This document shows positions 16,711-25,944 of a stretch of 64,000 nt of DNA, piece by piece. Position numbers and translations under genes: made by a program. Numbering within the stretch: the first letter of the stretch is position 1; the number at the start of each line of letters is the position of its first letter. The notes under the pieces are model-generated. The model was not told the origin of the DNA. It saw only the letters and a program-made list of their open reading frames with translations, and searched no databases. Where the stretch lies: positions 227,441 to 291,440 of the forward strand of contig JANQRH010000008.1 in NCBI GenBank assembly GCA_028284625.1. The letters are read 5' to 3'. This DNA comes from Afifellaceae bacterium (GTDB lineage: Bacteria > Pseudomonadota > Alphaproteobacteria > Rhizobiales > Afifellaceae).

Positions 16711-19008
16711 ATGGCAAATCGACTGACCGCGGCGCATTGGGGCAGCTACACGATTGCCGGCCGCCCAGACGATCCCGAACTGCAGAACGACCCCAACGAT
16801 CCGGCGCCGTCACGCATCGGGCGCGGCTGGCTGTCGGCGGCGCGCGATTCCAGGCTGCGCATTCGCAATCCGTCCATCCGCAAGGGCTGGCTGGACGGCG
16901 ACAAAGGGGCGGCGCGGAACGACGACAGCTTTGTTGAGGTGTCGTGGGAGAAGGCCTCCGATCTGGCGGCTGAGGAGCTCGCCCGTGTCATCCGTGCGCA
17001 CGGCAATGGTGCGATCTTCGCCGGTTCGTATGGCTGGGCGAGCGCCGGGCGGTTTCATCATGCCCAGTCGCAGCTCAGGCGGTTCTTGAATCTGATCGGC
17101 GGCTATACGGCAGCGCGTGACACCTACTCGCATGCGGCGGCCGAGGTGCTCCTGCCGCATATCGTCGGGATGACCAACAGCGAATACCAGGAGCGCATGA
17201 CGAGCTGGCCGCTGATTGCGGAGCATTGCAGCCTGCTCGTCGCGTTCGGCGGCATATCGGGCCGCACGGCGCAGATCGCGTCGGGTGGAACGTCGGCGCA
17301 TGAGGTTGAGCATTGGCTGAAGCGGGCGGCGGAGAACGGCACGGCGATCGTTAACATCTCGCCGCAGCGCGGCGACATGTCGGCGGTGCCCTCGGCGGAG
17401 TGGCTGGCGATTCGTCCGGGCACCGACACGGCGCTGATGCTTGCGCTGGCCTTCGAGCTCTTGACCAATGGGTGGCACGACGCAGCGTTCTTGGACCGCT
17501 ACACGAGCGGCTGGCCGCAGTTCGAAGCCTATCTGACGGGAACCAGCGACAATCAGCCGAAATCGCCCAATTGGGCATCGCCCATCTGCGACGTGCCGGC
17601 TGATGCAATTCGTAGCTTAGCGGCGCGTATGGCGCGTGAGCGTGTGATGATCACCGCGACATGGGGCCTGCAGCGCAGCGATCATGGCGAGCAACCGCTT
17701 TGGGCAGGGCTGACGCTCGCCGCCATGCTCGGCCAGATCGGCAAGCCGGGCACCGGCTTCGGCTTCGGCTATGGTTCCACCACACCGGTCGGCCGTCCGA
17801 AGCGCTTCATCCGGTGGCCGTCAGTGCCGCAGGGGCGCAATACGGTAGCCGATTTCATCCCGGTGGCGCGGATCGCCGACATGCTTCTGTCGCCGGGCGA
17901 GCCCTACACCTATGACGGGGAGGCGCGGCGCTACCCCGACATCCGGTTGGTCTATTGGGCGGGCGGTAACCCGTTTCATCATCATCAGGATTTGAACCGC
18001 CTGTCGGACGCCTGGACGCGGCCGGAAACGGTGATCGTCAACGACCATAGCTGGACGGCGACGGCGCGCCGCGCCGACATCGTCCTGCCGTCGACGACGC
18101 CGCTGGAGCGCGACGACATCATGATCAATCGCCGCGACCCGGCGCTGATCTATATGAGCCGCGCGATGGCGCCGCTCGGTGGCGCGCGCGACGACCACGC
18201 GATTTTTGGCGCGCTTGCCGAGCGCATGGGCGTCGCTGACGCATTCCACAAGAACCGCAGCGTCGACGAATGGCTGCATTGGCTATGGGCGGGCTGCCAG
18301 GGCGTCGCGCAAGTGGAGGGTTTTGCGCTGCCGGAGTTTGAGCGTTTCCGCGAGATGGGGCGCGTCGACATCCCCGACCAGGATGAAGTCCGCATCCAGA
18401 TGGGGGATTTCGTCGCTGACCCACAGACCAATCGGCTTCGCACCGAAAGCGGCAAGATCACGATCTTCAATGAGCGTATCGCGGCCATGGCGCTTGCCGA
18501 TTGTCCGGGGCATCCGACCTGGATCGCGCCGACGGAATGGCTGGGCGCGGCGCAGCCCGATCAACTGCATCTGATCTCGCCGCAGCCGGACACGCGGCTG
18601 CATGGCCAGTTGGACAACGGGGCTGTGTCGCAGGCGAGCAAGATCAGCGGCCGCGAACCGTGTCTTCTGCATCCAGATACTGCCGCACGCCATGGCCTGG
18701 GCGAGGGCGATGTCCTGCGGATCTTCAATGAACGCGGCGCGTGTCTTGCCGGCGTGCGATTGAGCGAGAGCATCCGGCCGGACTGCATCGCGCTTGCGAC
18801 CGGCGCTTGGTACGATCCGCAGATTGTCGACGGTGCGGCGTTGGAGGTGCACGGCAATCCGAATGTGCTCACCATCGACAAGGGCGCGTCGGGGCTTTCG
18901 CAGGGCAATATCAGTCACACTGCTCTGGTGCGGATTGAGAAATGGCAGGGCCCGCTGCCGCCGCTTCGGGTGAGCGGCCCGCCGGCGATCGTGCCGGCTG
19001 AAAGCTGA
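16711..19008 (+). CDS. bisC: molybdopterin-dependent S-/N-oxide reductase, biotin sulfoxide reductase-like (cytoplasmic, no Tat signal)
   Basis: Extensive by-eye collinearity with E. coli BisC: TAAHWG, SWDEA/SWEKA, IFAGSYGW, GTD.ALMLA...NGWHD.AFL, GEQ..W....LAAMLGQIG.PG.GFG, FHHHQD.NRL..AW..PE, DCPGHP.W..P.EW. Confidence 0.8.
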   Translation: MANRLTAAHWGSYTIAGRPDDPELQNDPNDPAPSRIGRGWLSAARDSRLRIRNPSIRKGWLDGDKGAARNDDSFVEVSWEKASDLAAEELARVIRAHGNGAIFAGSYGWASAGRFHHAQSQLRRFLNLIGGYTAARDTYSHAAAEVLLPHIVGMTNSEYQERMTSWPLIAEHCSLLVAFGGISGRTAQIASGGTSAHEVEHWLKRAAENGTAIVNISPQRGDMSAVPSAEWLAIRPGTDTALMLALAFELLTNGWHDAAFLDRYTSGWPQFEAYLTGTSDNQPKSPNWASPICDVPADAIRSLAARMARERVMITATWGLQRSDHGEQPLWAGLTLAAMLGQIGKPGTGFGFGYGSTTPVGRPKRFIRWPSVPQGRNTVADFIPVARIADMLLSPGEPYTYDGEARRYPDIRLVYWAGGNPFHHHQDLNRLSDAWTRPETVIVNDHSWTATARRADIVLPSTTPLERDDIMINRRDPALIYMSRAMAPLGGARDDHAIFGALAERMGVADAFHKNRSVDEWLHWLWAGCQGVAQVEGFALPEFERFREMGRVDIPDQDEVRIQMGDFVADPQTNRLRTESGKITIFNERIAAMALADCPGHPTWIAPTEWLGAAQPDQLHLISPQPDTRLHGQLDNGAVSQASKISGREPCLLHPDTAARHGLGEGDVLRIFNERGACLAGVRLSESIRPDCIALATGAWYDPQIVDGAALEVHGNPNVLTIDKGASGLSQGNISHTALVRIEKWQGPLPPLRVSGPPAIVPAES

Positions 19009-19034
19009 GGTTTGGGCCGGCGGATTGGCCAATT

Positions 19035-19136
19035 GTCGTCATGCCCGGACTTGATCCGGGCATCCATTCCTGAGCCGCTCGACTTGGCGAAGCGCCAGCG
19101 GAATGGATTGCCGGGTCCAAGCCCGGCAATGACGAC
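19035..19136. repeat. palindromic MITE/REP-like element, family 2 (two ~36-bp inverted arms, each itself a hairpin)
   Basis: Left arm: gtcgtcatgcccggacttgatccgggcatccattcc (19035-19070). It matches the reverse complement of ggaatggattgccgggtccaagcccggcaatgacgac (19100-19136). Confidence 0.6.
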
Positions 19137-19193
19137 AGATATAAGGACCACGCCAATGGGTCCGATGCACGCCGCGGCGACAGGCGGGCTGAA

Positions 19194-19226
19194 TTTACAA
19201 ATGTCAATCATTATGTCATATGTAAC
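19194..19226. promoter_or_regulatory. operator site B: TTTACAAATGTCA-n6-TGTCATATGTAAC, upstream of the kinase/ADH/aldolase/SorC operon
   Basis: Read directly. It lies 24 nt upstream of the start at 19250. Its half-sites match sites A and C. Confidence 0.5.
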
Positions 19227-19249
19227 ACCAACGAAGTAGGGAATACGGC

Positions 19250-20758
19250 GTGGAGGAATTGTGGCTGGGTGTCGATATCGGCACCACGATGATCAAGGCC
19301 GCCGCCTACCGTCCTGACGGCACGCAGGCCGCATATGCGGAGGCGTCGGTCCCGGTTCAGCGGACCGGCGAGGGTTGGGCGGAGCAGGATATGCATGCCG
19401 TGTGGAGCGGCGTGTGCGCCGTCCTGCGCGCCGTGGCTAAAGACGTCGACACGGCCGTGATCAGCAGTATCGGACTCGCCGCTCAAGGCGACGGGCTGTG
19501 GATGCTCGACGATGCCGGGCAGCCCAACGGCCCGGCCATGCTGTGGAACGACACACGCGCCGGCCGCGACGTTGAGGCGCTGATCGCCGACGGTCGCGCA
19601 GCCGCTGTCGGCCGCGCCTGCAACACATCGAACTGGCCGGGCACGAGCGGTAGCCTCTATGGCTGGCTGAAGCGTAACGACCCGGCGCGTGCGGCCAAGA
19701 CGGCGCGTGTTCTCTACTGCGCCGATTGGGTCGGCTATTGCATGACCGGCGTTGTCGCGACGGATCTTGCCGACGCGTCAATCCCGTTTTTCGACCTTCA
19801 GACCAAGAGTTGGTCGGACGCCGCCCTGGCGGCTCTCGACTGCGAAGACTTGAAGGCGAAGCTGCCCAATCCGCAGCCCGCCGATACGATCCTGGGGCGT
19901 GTGACCAAAGACGCGGCAGAGGCGACCGGTCTGCCCGAAGGGCTTCCCGTCTCAACCGGCACGCTCGATCTCGGCGCCATGATCGTCGGCATGGGCATGG
20001 ATCAATCCGGTCAGACGATGATGATCCTGGGCACCACCGCGGTGGTCAACATTCTCACCGACCGGATTGAGCCGGCGGATGCGCCTGTCGGGGCGACGAC
20101 GTTTCATTCCACCGCCGACCTCAAGATCCGCATCCTTGCGCCGTCGACCGGTGCGGCGGCGTTCGATTGGTTCACAGCACTTCACCCGCAGTCGCTCGGC
20201 GGCGACAGTCCCGGCGAAGTTGCCGAGAAGCTGAACGCGCTGGCGCGCGACGTGCCGCCCGGATCGCGCGGCGTTCTGTTCCTGCCTTATCTCAACGGCG
20301 AGCGGGCGCCCTTTGTCGCGCCGTTGGCGCGCGGCTCGTTCCATGGCCTGACCAGCGACACATCGAAAGCGGAGATGGGCCGTGCGGTCATGGAGGGCGC
20401 CGCATTCAGCCTGCGCCACTGCTTTGAAGCTGAGGGCGCGACGCCGAGCGAGCCTGTGCAGCTCACCGGCGGCGGGGCGCGGAACGCGCTTTGGTGCGAC
20501 ATCGTCGCGGACGTGCTCGGCGTGCCGGTGATCGTGAGCCCGCTCAGCGATCACGGCTTATGGGGTGCGGCGTGCATTGGTGCGGCTGCCGCCGGCAAGG
20601 GCAATGCGTGCCGGTTGGCAGCGCGGGACGAGCATGGCTGGACGCATGAGCCGGATGCGGAGCGACACGCCGTCTACAATGGCGCCTTCAAGCGCTACGC
20701 GGCGGTGTCGGAGGCAAGCCGGCCGATCTGGGCGGCCATGCGTGATGAGGACGAGTGA
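19250..20758 (+). CDS. FGGY family carbohydrate kinase (xylulokinase/ribulokinase-like)
   Basis: N-terminal LGVDIGTT motif, then GLAAQGDG, LPYLNGERAP and GGGARN motifs. Confidence 0.85.
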   Translation: MEELWLGVDIGTTMIKAAAYRPDGTQAAYAEASVPVQRTGEGWAEQDMHAVWSGVCAVLRAVAKDVDTAVISSIGLAAQGDGLWMLDDAGQPNGPAMLWNDTRAGRDVEALIADGRAAAVGRACNTSNWPGTSGSLYGWLKRNDPARAAKTARVLYCADWVGYCMTGVVATDLADASIPFFDLQTKSWSDAALAALDCEDLKAKLPNPQPADTILGRVTKDAAEATGLPEGLPVSTGTLDLGAMIVGMGMDQSGQTMMILGTTAVVNILTDRIEPADAPVGATTFHSTADLKIRILAPSTGAAAFDWFTALHPQSLGGDSPGEVAEKLNALARDVPPGSRGVLFLPYLNGERAPFVAPLARGSFHGLTSDTSKAEMGRAVMEGAAFSLRHCFEAEGATPSEPVQLTGGGARNALWCDIVADVLGVPVIVSPLSDHGLWGAACIGAAAAGKGNACRLAARDEHGWTHEPDAERHAVYNGAFKRYAAVSEASRPIWAAMRDEDE

Positions 20759-20764
20759 GGGCAG

Positions 20765-21826
20765 ATGGCCGAAATGATGAAAGCTGCGGTCTATTACGCG
20801 CTTGACGATATCCGCATTGAGGATCGTCCGATCCCCAAGATCGGCCGCGACGAGATGCTCTTGAAGACGCTGGCCTGCGGTCTGTGCGGCGGCGAGACCA
20901 TGGCCTGGTATAAGAAGGCAGAGCCGAAGGTCATCGGGCATGAACCGATCGGCGAGGTGGTCGAGGTCGGCTCGGACGTCAAAGACTACAAGGTCGGCGA
21001 CCGTCTCTTCGTCAACCATCATGTCGGGCGGATCGACAGTCATCTGTCGCGCCGCGGGCATTTCACGCGCGACCCGTTCTATTCGCAGATGAAGCTCGAT
21101 CCCGGCGGCGTCTGCGAGTTCTACCGCGTCACCGCACAGCATCTGCGGATGGACGCGCACAAGCTTCCCGACAGCATCAGCACTGAAGCGGCGGTCACGA
21201 TCGAGCCCTGGTCGTGCGTCATGAGCGGGCTGAAAGTGTGCAACATCCAGCCCGGCGATGCGGTCGCCGTGGTCGGCGCCGGCTTCATGGGGCAGGGGTT
21301 CGTGCATCTGTCATCGCTCTTCGGCGCGGGGAAGGTGGTGGCGCTCGATTTCTCAGACTGGCGGCTGGCGCGCGCACGGGAGTTCGGTGCGACCCATACG
21401 ATCAACCCCAAAAACGAGGATGCCGTTGCCGCCTTGCGTGCGGCCAACAACGGTCGGCTCGCCGATACGGTGATCGTCATCGCGCCGTCGACGGCCGCTT
21501 GGGCGCAAGCTTTGGCGCTTGTGGAGGTCGGCGGCACGCTTCATCTTGGCGCGCCGCTGCCGCCCGACACCGATTGGGTGAGAGACGGCAACGCCGCCTA
21601 CTTCGACCAGATCAGTGTGACCTCGCGGTACAGCTCCGATCACACCGACACCTACAGCTATATCCGCCTGCTTGAGGCCGGCCGCATCAAGGCCGATCAG
21701 GCGATCTCGCACCGCTTCGACATTGCCGACGCGGCCGAGGCGTTCGAGATGCTGGTCAAGGCGGAGAAGTCTTTGAAGATCATCGTCTACCCCCACGGCG
21801 TGCCGGAAGGAGCGGGACATGCTTGA
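20765..21826 (+). CDS. zinc-dependent alcohol/polyol dehydrogenase (MDR superfamily)
   Basis: GHEPIGEVVEVG zinc motif, catalytic Cys (ACGLCGGE) and a Rossmann GAGFMGQG motif. Confidence 0.85.
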   Translation: MAEMMKAAVYYALDDIRIEDRPIPKIGRDEMLLKTLACGLCGGETMAWYKKAEPKVIGHEPIGEVVEVGSDVKDYKVGDRLFVNHHVGRIDSHLSRRGHFTRDPFYSQMKLDPGGVCEFYRVTAQHLRMDAHKLPDSISTEAAVTIEPWSCVMSGLKVCNIQPGDAVAVVGAGFMGQGFVHLSSLFGAGKVVALDFSDWRLARAREFGATHTINPKNEDAVAALRAANNGRLADTVIVIAPSTAAWAQALALVEVGGTLHLGAPLPPDTDWVRDGNAAYFDQISVTSRYSSDHTDTYSYIRLLEAGRIKADQAISHRFDIADAAEAFEMLVKAEKSLKIIVYPHGVPEGAGHA

Positions 21827-22484
21827 GGCGCTGAAGGAAGAAGTTTGCGAGCAGAATCACGAACTCCCGCGCAATGGGCTGGTGGTCGGCTCGGGCGGCA
21901 ACGTCTCAGGGCGTGACCCGGAGAGCGGACTGATCGTGATCAAGCCGTCGGGCGTGAAGTTCGCCAAGCTGACGCCGGACACCATGGTGGTCGTCGACAT
22001 CGACGGCAATGTCGTTGACGGTCATATGAAGCCGTCGGTCGATACCGGCATTCACCTCTACATCTACCGCAAGCGTGACGATGTCTTCGGCATCACGCAC
22101 ACGCACTCTCCCTATGCCACGAGCTTTGCCGCGCGCGGCGAACGCATCCCCGCGGTGCTCACGCCGATCACCCATATGCTGGGGCGCGACATTCCATGCT
22201 CACGTTATGCCACGCCGGGCGAAGTGGATACCGGCGAAGCCATTCTGGAGGCGGCCGACGGCGGGTATGCCGTGCTGGTCAAGGCGCATGGCGTGTTCAC
22301 CATGGGTGGCTCCGCCAAAGAGGCGACCTCGATCGCCATGTATTTGGAAGAGGCGGCGATGACCACGCATCTTGCGATGCTCCATGGGCCGGTGGAGGAG
22401 CTGCCGCAGGAAGAGATCGACCGGTGCTACCGGTGGTTCCGCAAGAATTACGGCCAGTCCGGCGCAAAGGCGGTCAACGCGTGA
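21819..22484 (+). CDS. class II aldolase/adducin family protein (L-ribulose-5-phosphate 4-epimerase-like)
   Basis: GNVSGRD, IKPSG, HTHSPYAT and KAHGVFT motifs. It overlaps the upstream gene by 8 nt. Confidence 0.85.
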   Translation: MLEALKEEVCEQNHELPRNGLVVGSGGNVSGRDPESGLIVIKPSGVKFAKLTPDTMVVVDIDGNVVDGHMKPSVDTGIHLYIYRKRDDVFGITHTHSPYATSFAARGERIPAVLTPITHMLGRDIPCSRYATPGEVDTGEAILEAADGGYAVLVKAHGVFTMGGSAKEATSIAMYLEEAAMTTHLAMLHGPVEELPQEEIDRCYRWFRKNYGQSGAKAVNA

Positions 22485-22581
22485 TGCCATTCGCTCCGGC
22501 CCAAATCATCGGCTAAAACTGTTACCCTGCTCGCCGAATCTCGGCGCGGCGTCGCCTGGATTGAGGCTGGAGACGAAAACA

Positions 22582-23589
22582 ATGGCCGCAAGACCGCGTC
22601 CGGACAACAAACGAAAAAGCGATGCCGATGTTCCGAGCGTCCTGAACCAGCGCGACAGCGTCCTGGCCAATGTCGCACTGCTCTATTACGGCGAGGGCCT
22701 GACCCAGTCGGAAATTGCGAAGCGTATGAAGGTGTCGCGCGCAACGGTGATCAACCAGCTGCGCGAAAGCCGCGAACTCGGCATTGTCGACATCCGCATT
22801 CGCGGCGAAGCGCTTGCCGTGTCGAGCCTGTCGCGGGCGCTGTGTGAGCGGTTCGGGCTGGATGACGCCTATGTCGCCTATGGCGCGGGGAACGGCGCGG
22901 CGCTTCTTCGAAATACGGCGCGCGTTGCGGCCATGGCCGTGCTCGACATCATCGAGCCGGGCGATCAGGTGGGTGTGTCCTGGGGCGAGACGCTGAAGAG
23001 CGTTGCCGACAGTCTGCCGAGCCAGCGGGTCGACGATGTGGCCATCTCGCAGGTTATTGGCTCAATGGACACGGCCCGGCTGCCTGCTGCGGAAACCTGC
23101 GCCATCCGTATCGCCAATCGGCTGCATGCGCATTGCTACACGCTGCACGCGCCGGCGCGGCTTTCAACCGAAGCGCTGGCGAAATCCATCAGCGCCGAAC
23201 CGGCCATCAAGCGTCAGCTGGCGCGTTTCGACAAGCTTGACCTCATTCTCTACTCCATCGGCGACGTCTCCGCGCAGACGCATCTGGTCGCCTCCGACAT
23301 TGCGACGGCGGAGGAACTCAGGCGCGCCATCGACAACGGCGCGTGCGGCATCGCCTGCGGCCGCTACTACGATCGTGGCGGCGCACATGTTTCCGATCCG
23401 CTCGATGATCGGCTGATCGCCATCACGATCAAGCAACTCAAGGCCGTTCCGAAACGATTCCTGGTCGCAGCCGGCCGCAGCAAGCGGACGGCAACGCTGG
23501 CGGCGCTTGCCGGTGGAATGGTCAGCCATCTTTGTGTCGATCAGGAGCTTGCCGAGTGGCTGCTTGAGGCGTTGGTCGAGGAGGTGTGA
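22582..23589 (+). CDS. SorC family sugar-binding transcriptional regulator (ORF track over-extends to 22372)
   Basis: The ATG at 22582 gives an N-terminal HTH (LYYGEGLTQSEIAKRMKVSRATVINQL). A SorC/DeoR-type sugar-binding domain follows. Confidence 0.85.
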   Translation: MAARPRPDNKRKSDADVPSVLNQRDSVLANVALLYYGEGLTQSEIAKRMKVSRATVINQLRESRELGIVDIRIRGEALAVSSLSRALCERFGLDDAYVAYGAGNGAALLRNTARVAAMAVLDIIEPGDQVGVSWGETLKSVADSLPSQRVDDVAISQVIGSMDTARLPAAETCAIRIANRLHAHCYTLHAPARLSTEALAKSISAEPAIKRQLARFDKLDLILYSIGDVSAQTHLVASDIATAEELRRAIDNGACGIACGRYYDRGGAHVSDPLDDRLIAITIKQLKAVPKRFLVAAGRSKRTATLAALAGGMVSHLCVDQELAEWLLEALVEEV

Positions 23590-23616
23590 CGCCGCTCCCG
23601 CGGCGGGCACGGATTA

Positions 23617-23772
23617 ACCTCCCCCTTGAGGGGAGGTCGAAGTTTGCGGAACGTAAGTGCACGCAAACTTCGGGAGGGGGTGAGCGGTTGATCAGCGTAG
23701 GAACGTCGCTCACCCCTCCCCGAAATCGGCTCGCAAAGCTCACCGATTTCGACCCTCCCTCAAGGGGAGGGT
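23617..23772. repeat. REP/MITE-like composite palindrome, family 1 (two ~68-bp inverted arms)
   Basis: Left arm: cctcccccttgaggggaggtcgaagtttgcggaacgtaagtgcacgcaaacttcgggagggggtgagcg. After a loop comes the right arm: cgctcacccctccccgaaatcggctcgcaaagctcaccgatttcgaccctccctcaaggggaggg. It shares the family of 14525-14637. Confidence 0.75.
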
Positions 23773-23812
23773 TAGGCCGAGTCTCGAGCGTGATCTAAAA
23801 CCCGATAGGGCG

Positions 23813-25186
23813 CTATTGCGTGACGATTTCCGGCCCCATGAGGAAGGTCGGCAAGGCCGTCGATAGAGGCGGCACGTAGGTCACCAGGATCAGGAACAGG
23901 AACATGATGCCGACCCAGGGGAGGGCGGCGCGCACGACGCTTGTCACCGACATTTTAGCCACGCCGGCCGTCACGAACAGATTGAGGCCAACCGGTGGCG
24001 TGATCATGCCGATCTCCATGTTCACGACCATGATGATGCCCAGGTGGATCGGATCGATCCCCAACTCCATGGCGATCGGAAACACCAAAGGCGCGACGAT
24101 GACGAGGAGGCCGGATGGCTCCATGAACTGGCCGCCGATCAAAAGCAGCACATTGACCACAACGAGGAACATGATTGGCCCGAGGCCTGCCGCCAGCATG
24201 GCTTCGGTAATCAATTGCGGAATGCGCTCCTCCGTCAGCACGTGCTTTAGAATCAGCGCATTGGCGATGATGAACAGCAGCGTAATGGTCACCATGCCGG
24301 CCTGGATCAGCGTCTCGCGGGTGTCGGAATGGAACCACGCTGTGATCAAGGCTTGCGGCTGCCGCAGCAGCGATTTGGGTTCGCCGTCGGTCGATTTCAG
24401 CGGGCCCATGTCGCGATAGACGAAGTTGGCGATGAAGAACGCATACATGGCCGCGACCGCAGCGGCCTCGGTGGGCGTGAACACGCCGCCATAGATGCCG
24501 CCGAGGATGATGACGATCAGAGCCAGTCCCCAGATGGCGTCACGGGCGGAAGCAAGCACCTCGCGAAACGACGCGCGTGGCTGCGACGGCAGGCCTTTAA
24601 CCAGTGCCACCACCAGGATGCCGGCCATCAGCATCAAGCCGGCGACGATGCCGGGAAAGACGCCGGCCAAGAACATGCGGCCCACGGAGACATCCACCGA
24701 CGCTGCGTAGACGACCATGACGATGGAGGGCGGGATGAGGATGCCCAGCGTGCCAGCGTTACAGATGACACCGGCGGCGAATTCCTTCTTGTATCCGACC
24801 TGCCGCATACCGGCGATGACGATGGTGCCGATGGCGACGACCGTCGCCGGCGACGAGCCGGAGAGCGCAGCAAACAGCATGCAGGCGAAGACGCTGGCGA
24901 TCGCCAGACCGCCGGGGAGGTGTCCGACGGTGGCGATGGCGAAACGGATGATGCGCTGCGCCACGCCGCCGGTCGACATGAAGGCGGAGGCGAGGATGAA
25001 GAAGGGGATCGCCAGCAGCGTGAAGTGGCCGGCGAAGGCGTTGAAGAGCGTCTGTGCGATGGAGGCAAGCGAGGCGTCGGAATAGACGATCAGAAAGATG
25101 ATCGATGACAGGCCGAGGCTGACCGCGATCGGAACGCCGAGGAAAAGAAAGCCGATGATGAGGACGAAGAGGAGAACGACCGACAT
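23813..25186 (-). CDS. dctM: TRAP transporter large permease subunit
   Basis: 457-aa polytopic protein with typical DctM sequence character. It lies downstream of the dctQ-like and dctP-like genes. Confidence 0.9.
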   Translation of the reverse strand: MSVVLLFVLIIGFLFLGVPIAVSLGLSSIIFLIVYSDASLASIAQTLFNAFAGHFTLLAIPFFILASAFMSTGGVAQRIIRFAIATVGHLPGGLAIASVFACMLFAALSGSSPATVVAIGTIVIAGMRQVGYKKEFAAGVICNAGTLGILIPPSIVMVVYAASVDVSVGRMFLAGVFPGIVAGLMLMAGILVVALVKGLPSQPRASFREVLASARDAIWGLALIVIILGGIYGGVFTPTEAAAVAAMYAFFIANFVYRDMGPLKSTDGEPKSLLRQPQALITAWFHSDTRETLIQAGMVTITLLFIIANALILKHVLTEERIPQLITEAMLAAGLGPIMFLVVVNVLLLIGGQFMEPSGLLVIVAPLVFPIAMELGIDPIHLGIIMVVNMEIGMITPPVGLNLFVTAGVAKMSVTSVVRAALPWVGIMFLFLILVTYVPPLSTALPTFLMGPEIVTQ

Positions 25187-25189
25187 GGA

Positions 25190-25858
25190 TCAATCGGCCT
25201 TGTATGAGACTTCGGACAGCTCCTCGAGCGCGTCTTCCGCCTCATGTCCGGCGATGATGCGGTCCTGCCGGCCGGTATAGACGGCCCAGCCGGCCTGGGC
25301 GAAGCGGATGCACAGAAGCGTCATGCCGAGCGGCAGAGCAAAATATGGAATGAAGCGGGGGAGCTTTTCCCATCGTTCGCCCTCGTTCAGCGAGTCCTTC
25401 AGGAACTGTAGGAACTCCGGCATGTAGATGTCGTTGACTTCGTACCAGGCCTGCGGGCCGGCGAATAAGCCCCAATATTGCCAGGAGCCCACGGCGATCA
25501 GGCCGGCATAAGCAAGGCTTGCCGCGACGGCGGCCAGTCCGACAATGCGCCGCGCGGTGTGCGGCAAAGCGGCAATCAGAACGTCGACACCAAGATGAGC
25601 GTTTTTCTTCACCGCATAAGAGGCGCCGATAAGCACAAGCCAGGCGAACAGGAAGACCGTCGCTTCAAGCGCCCACAATATGTTTGAGTTGAAGCCGTAG
25701 CGGACAACGACATTGGCGAAGGTGATCAGCGTCATCAGGCCGAGAAGGATTGCGATCAGCAATTCTTCGACCAGGTCGGTCCACCGTCTTGGCGCTGGCG
25801 TGTCCATGCTCCCCCCGTTGCCCGTCTTTTTAGGGCCGTCTTCTTGTTGCGCGACCAA
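25190..25858 (-). CDS. dctQ: TRAP transporter small permease subunit (start uncertain: TTG 25858 or ATG 25807)
   Basis: Four predicted TM segments and a position between the dctP-like and dctM-like genes. Both candidate starts have a short SD spacing. Confidence 0.8.
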   Translation of the reverse strand: MVAQQEDGPKKTGNGGSMDTPAPRRWTDLVEELLIAILLGLMTLITFANVVVRYGFNSNILWALEATVFLFAWLVLIGASYAVKKNAHLGVDVLIAALPHTARRIVGLAAVAASLAYAGLIAVGSWQYWGLFAGPQAWYEVNDIYMPEFLQFLKDSLNEGERWEKLPRFIPYFALPLGMTLLCIRFAQAGWAVYTGRQDRIIAGHEAEDALEELSEVSYKAD

Positions 25859-25888
25859 TGCCTCCGTTGGTGGGGGCTTAGCGCGATG

Positions 25889-25925
25889 GCCCTGCCGCCG
25901 ATCCGGTTCGTGCCGGCGGCAGGGC
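25889..25925 (-). terminator. intercistronic stem-loop between dctP and dctQ
   Basis: A perfect 12-bp stem, gccctgccgccg (25889-25900) paired with cggcggcagggc (25914-25925), with a 13-nt loop. Confidence 0.6.
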
Positions 25926-25944
25926 TTGTTCGGCGAATGGCCGT

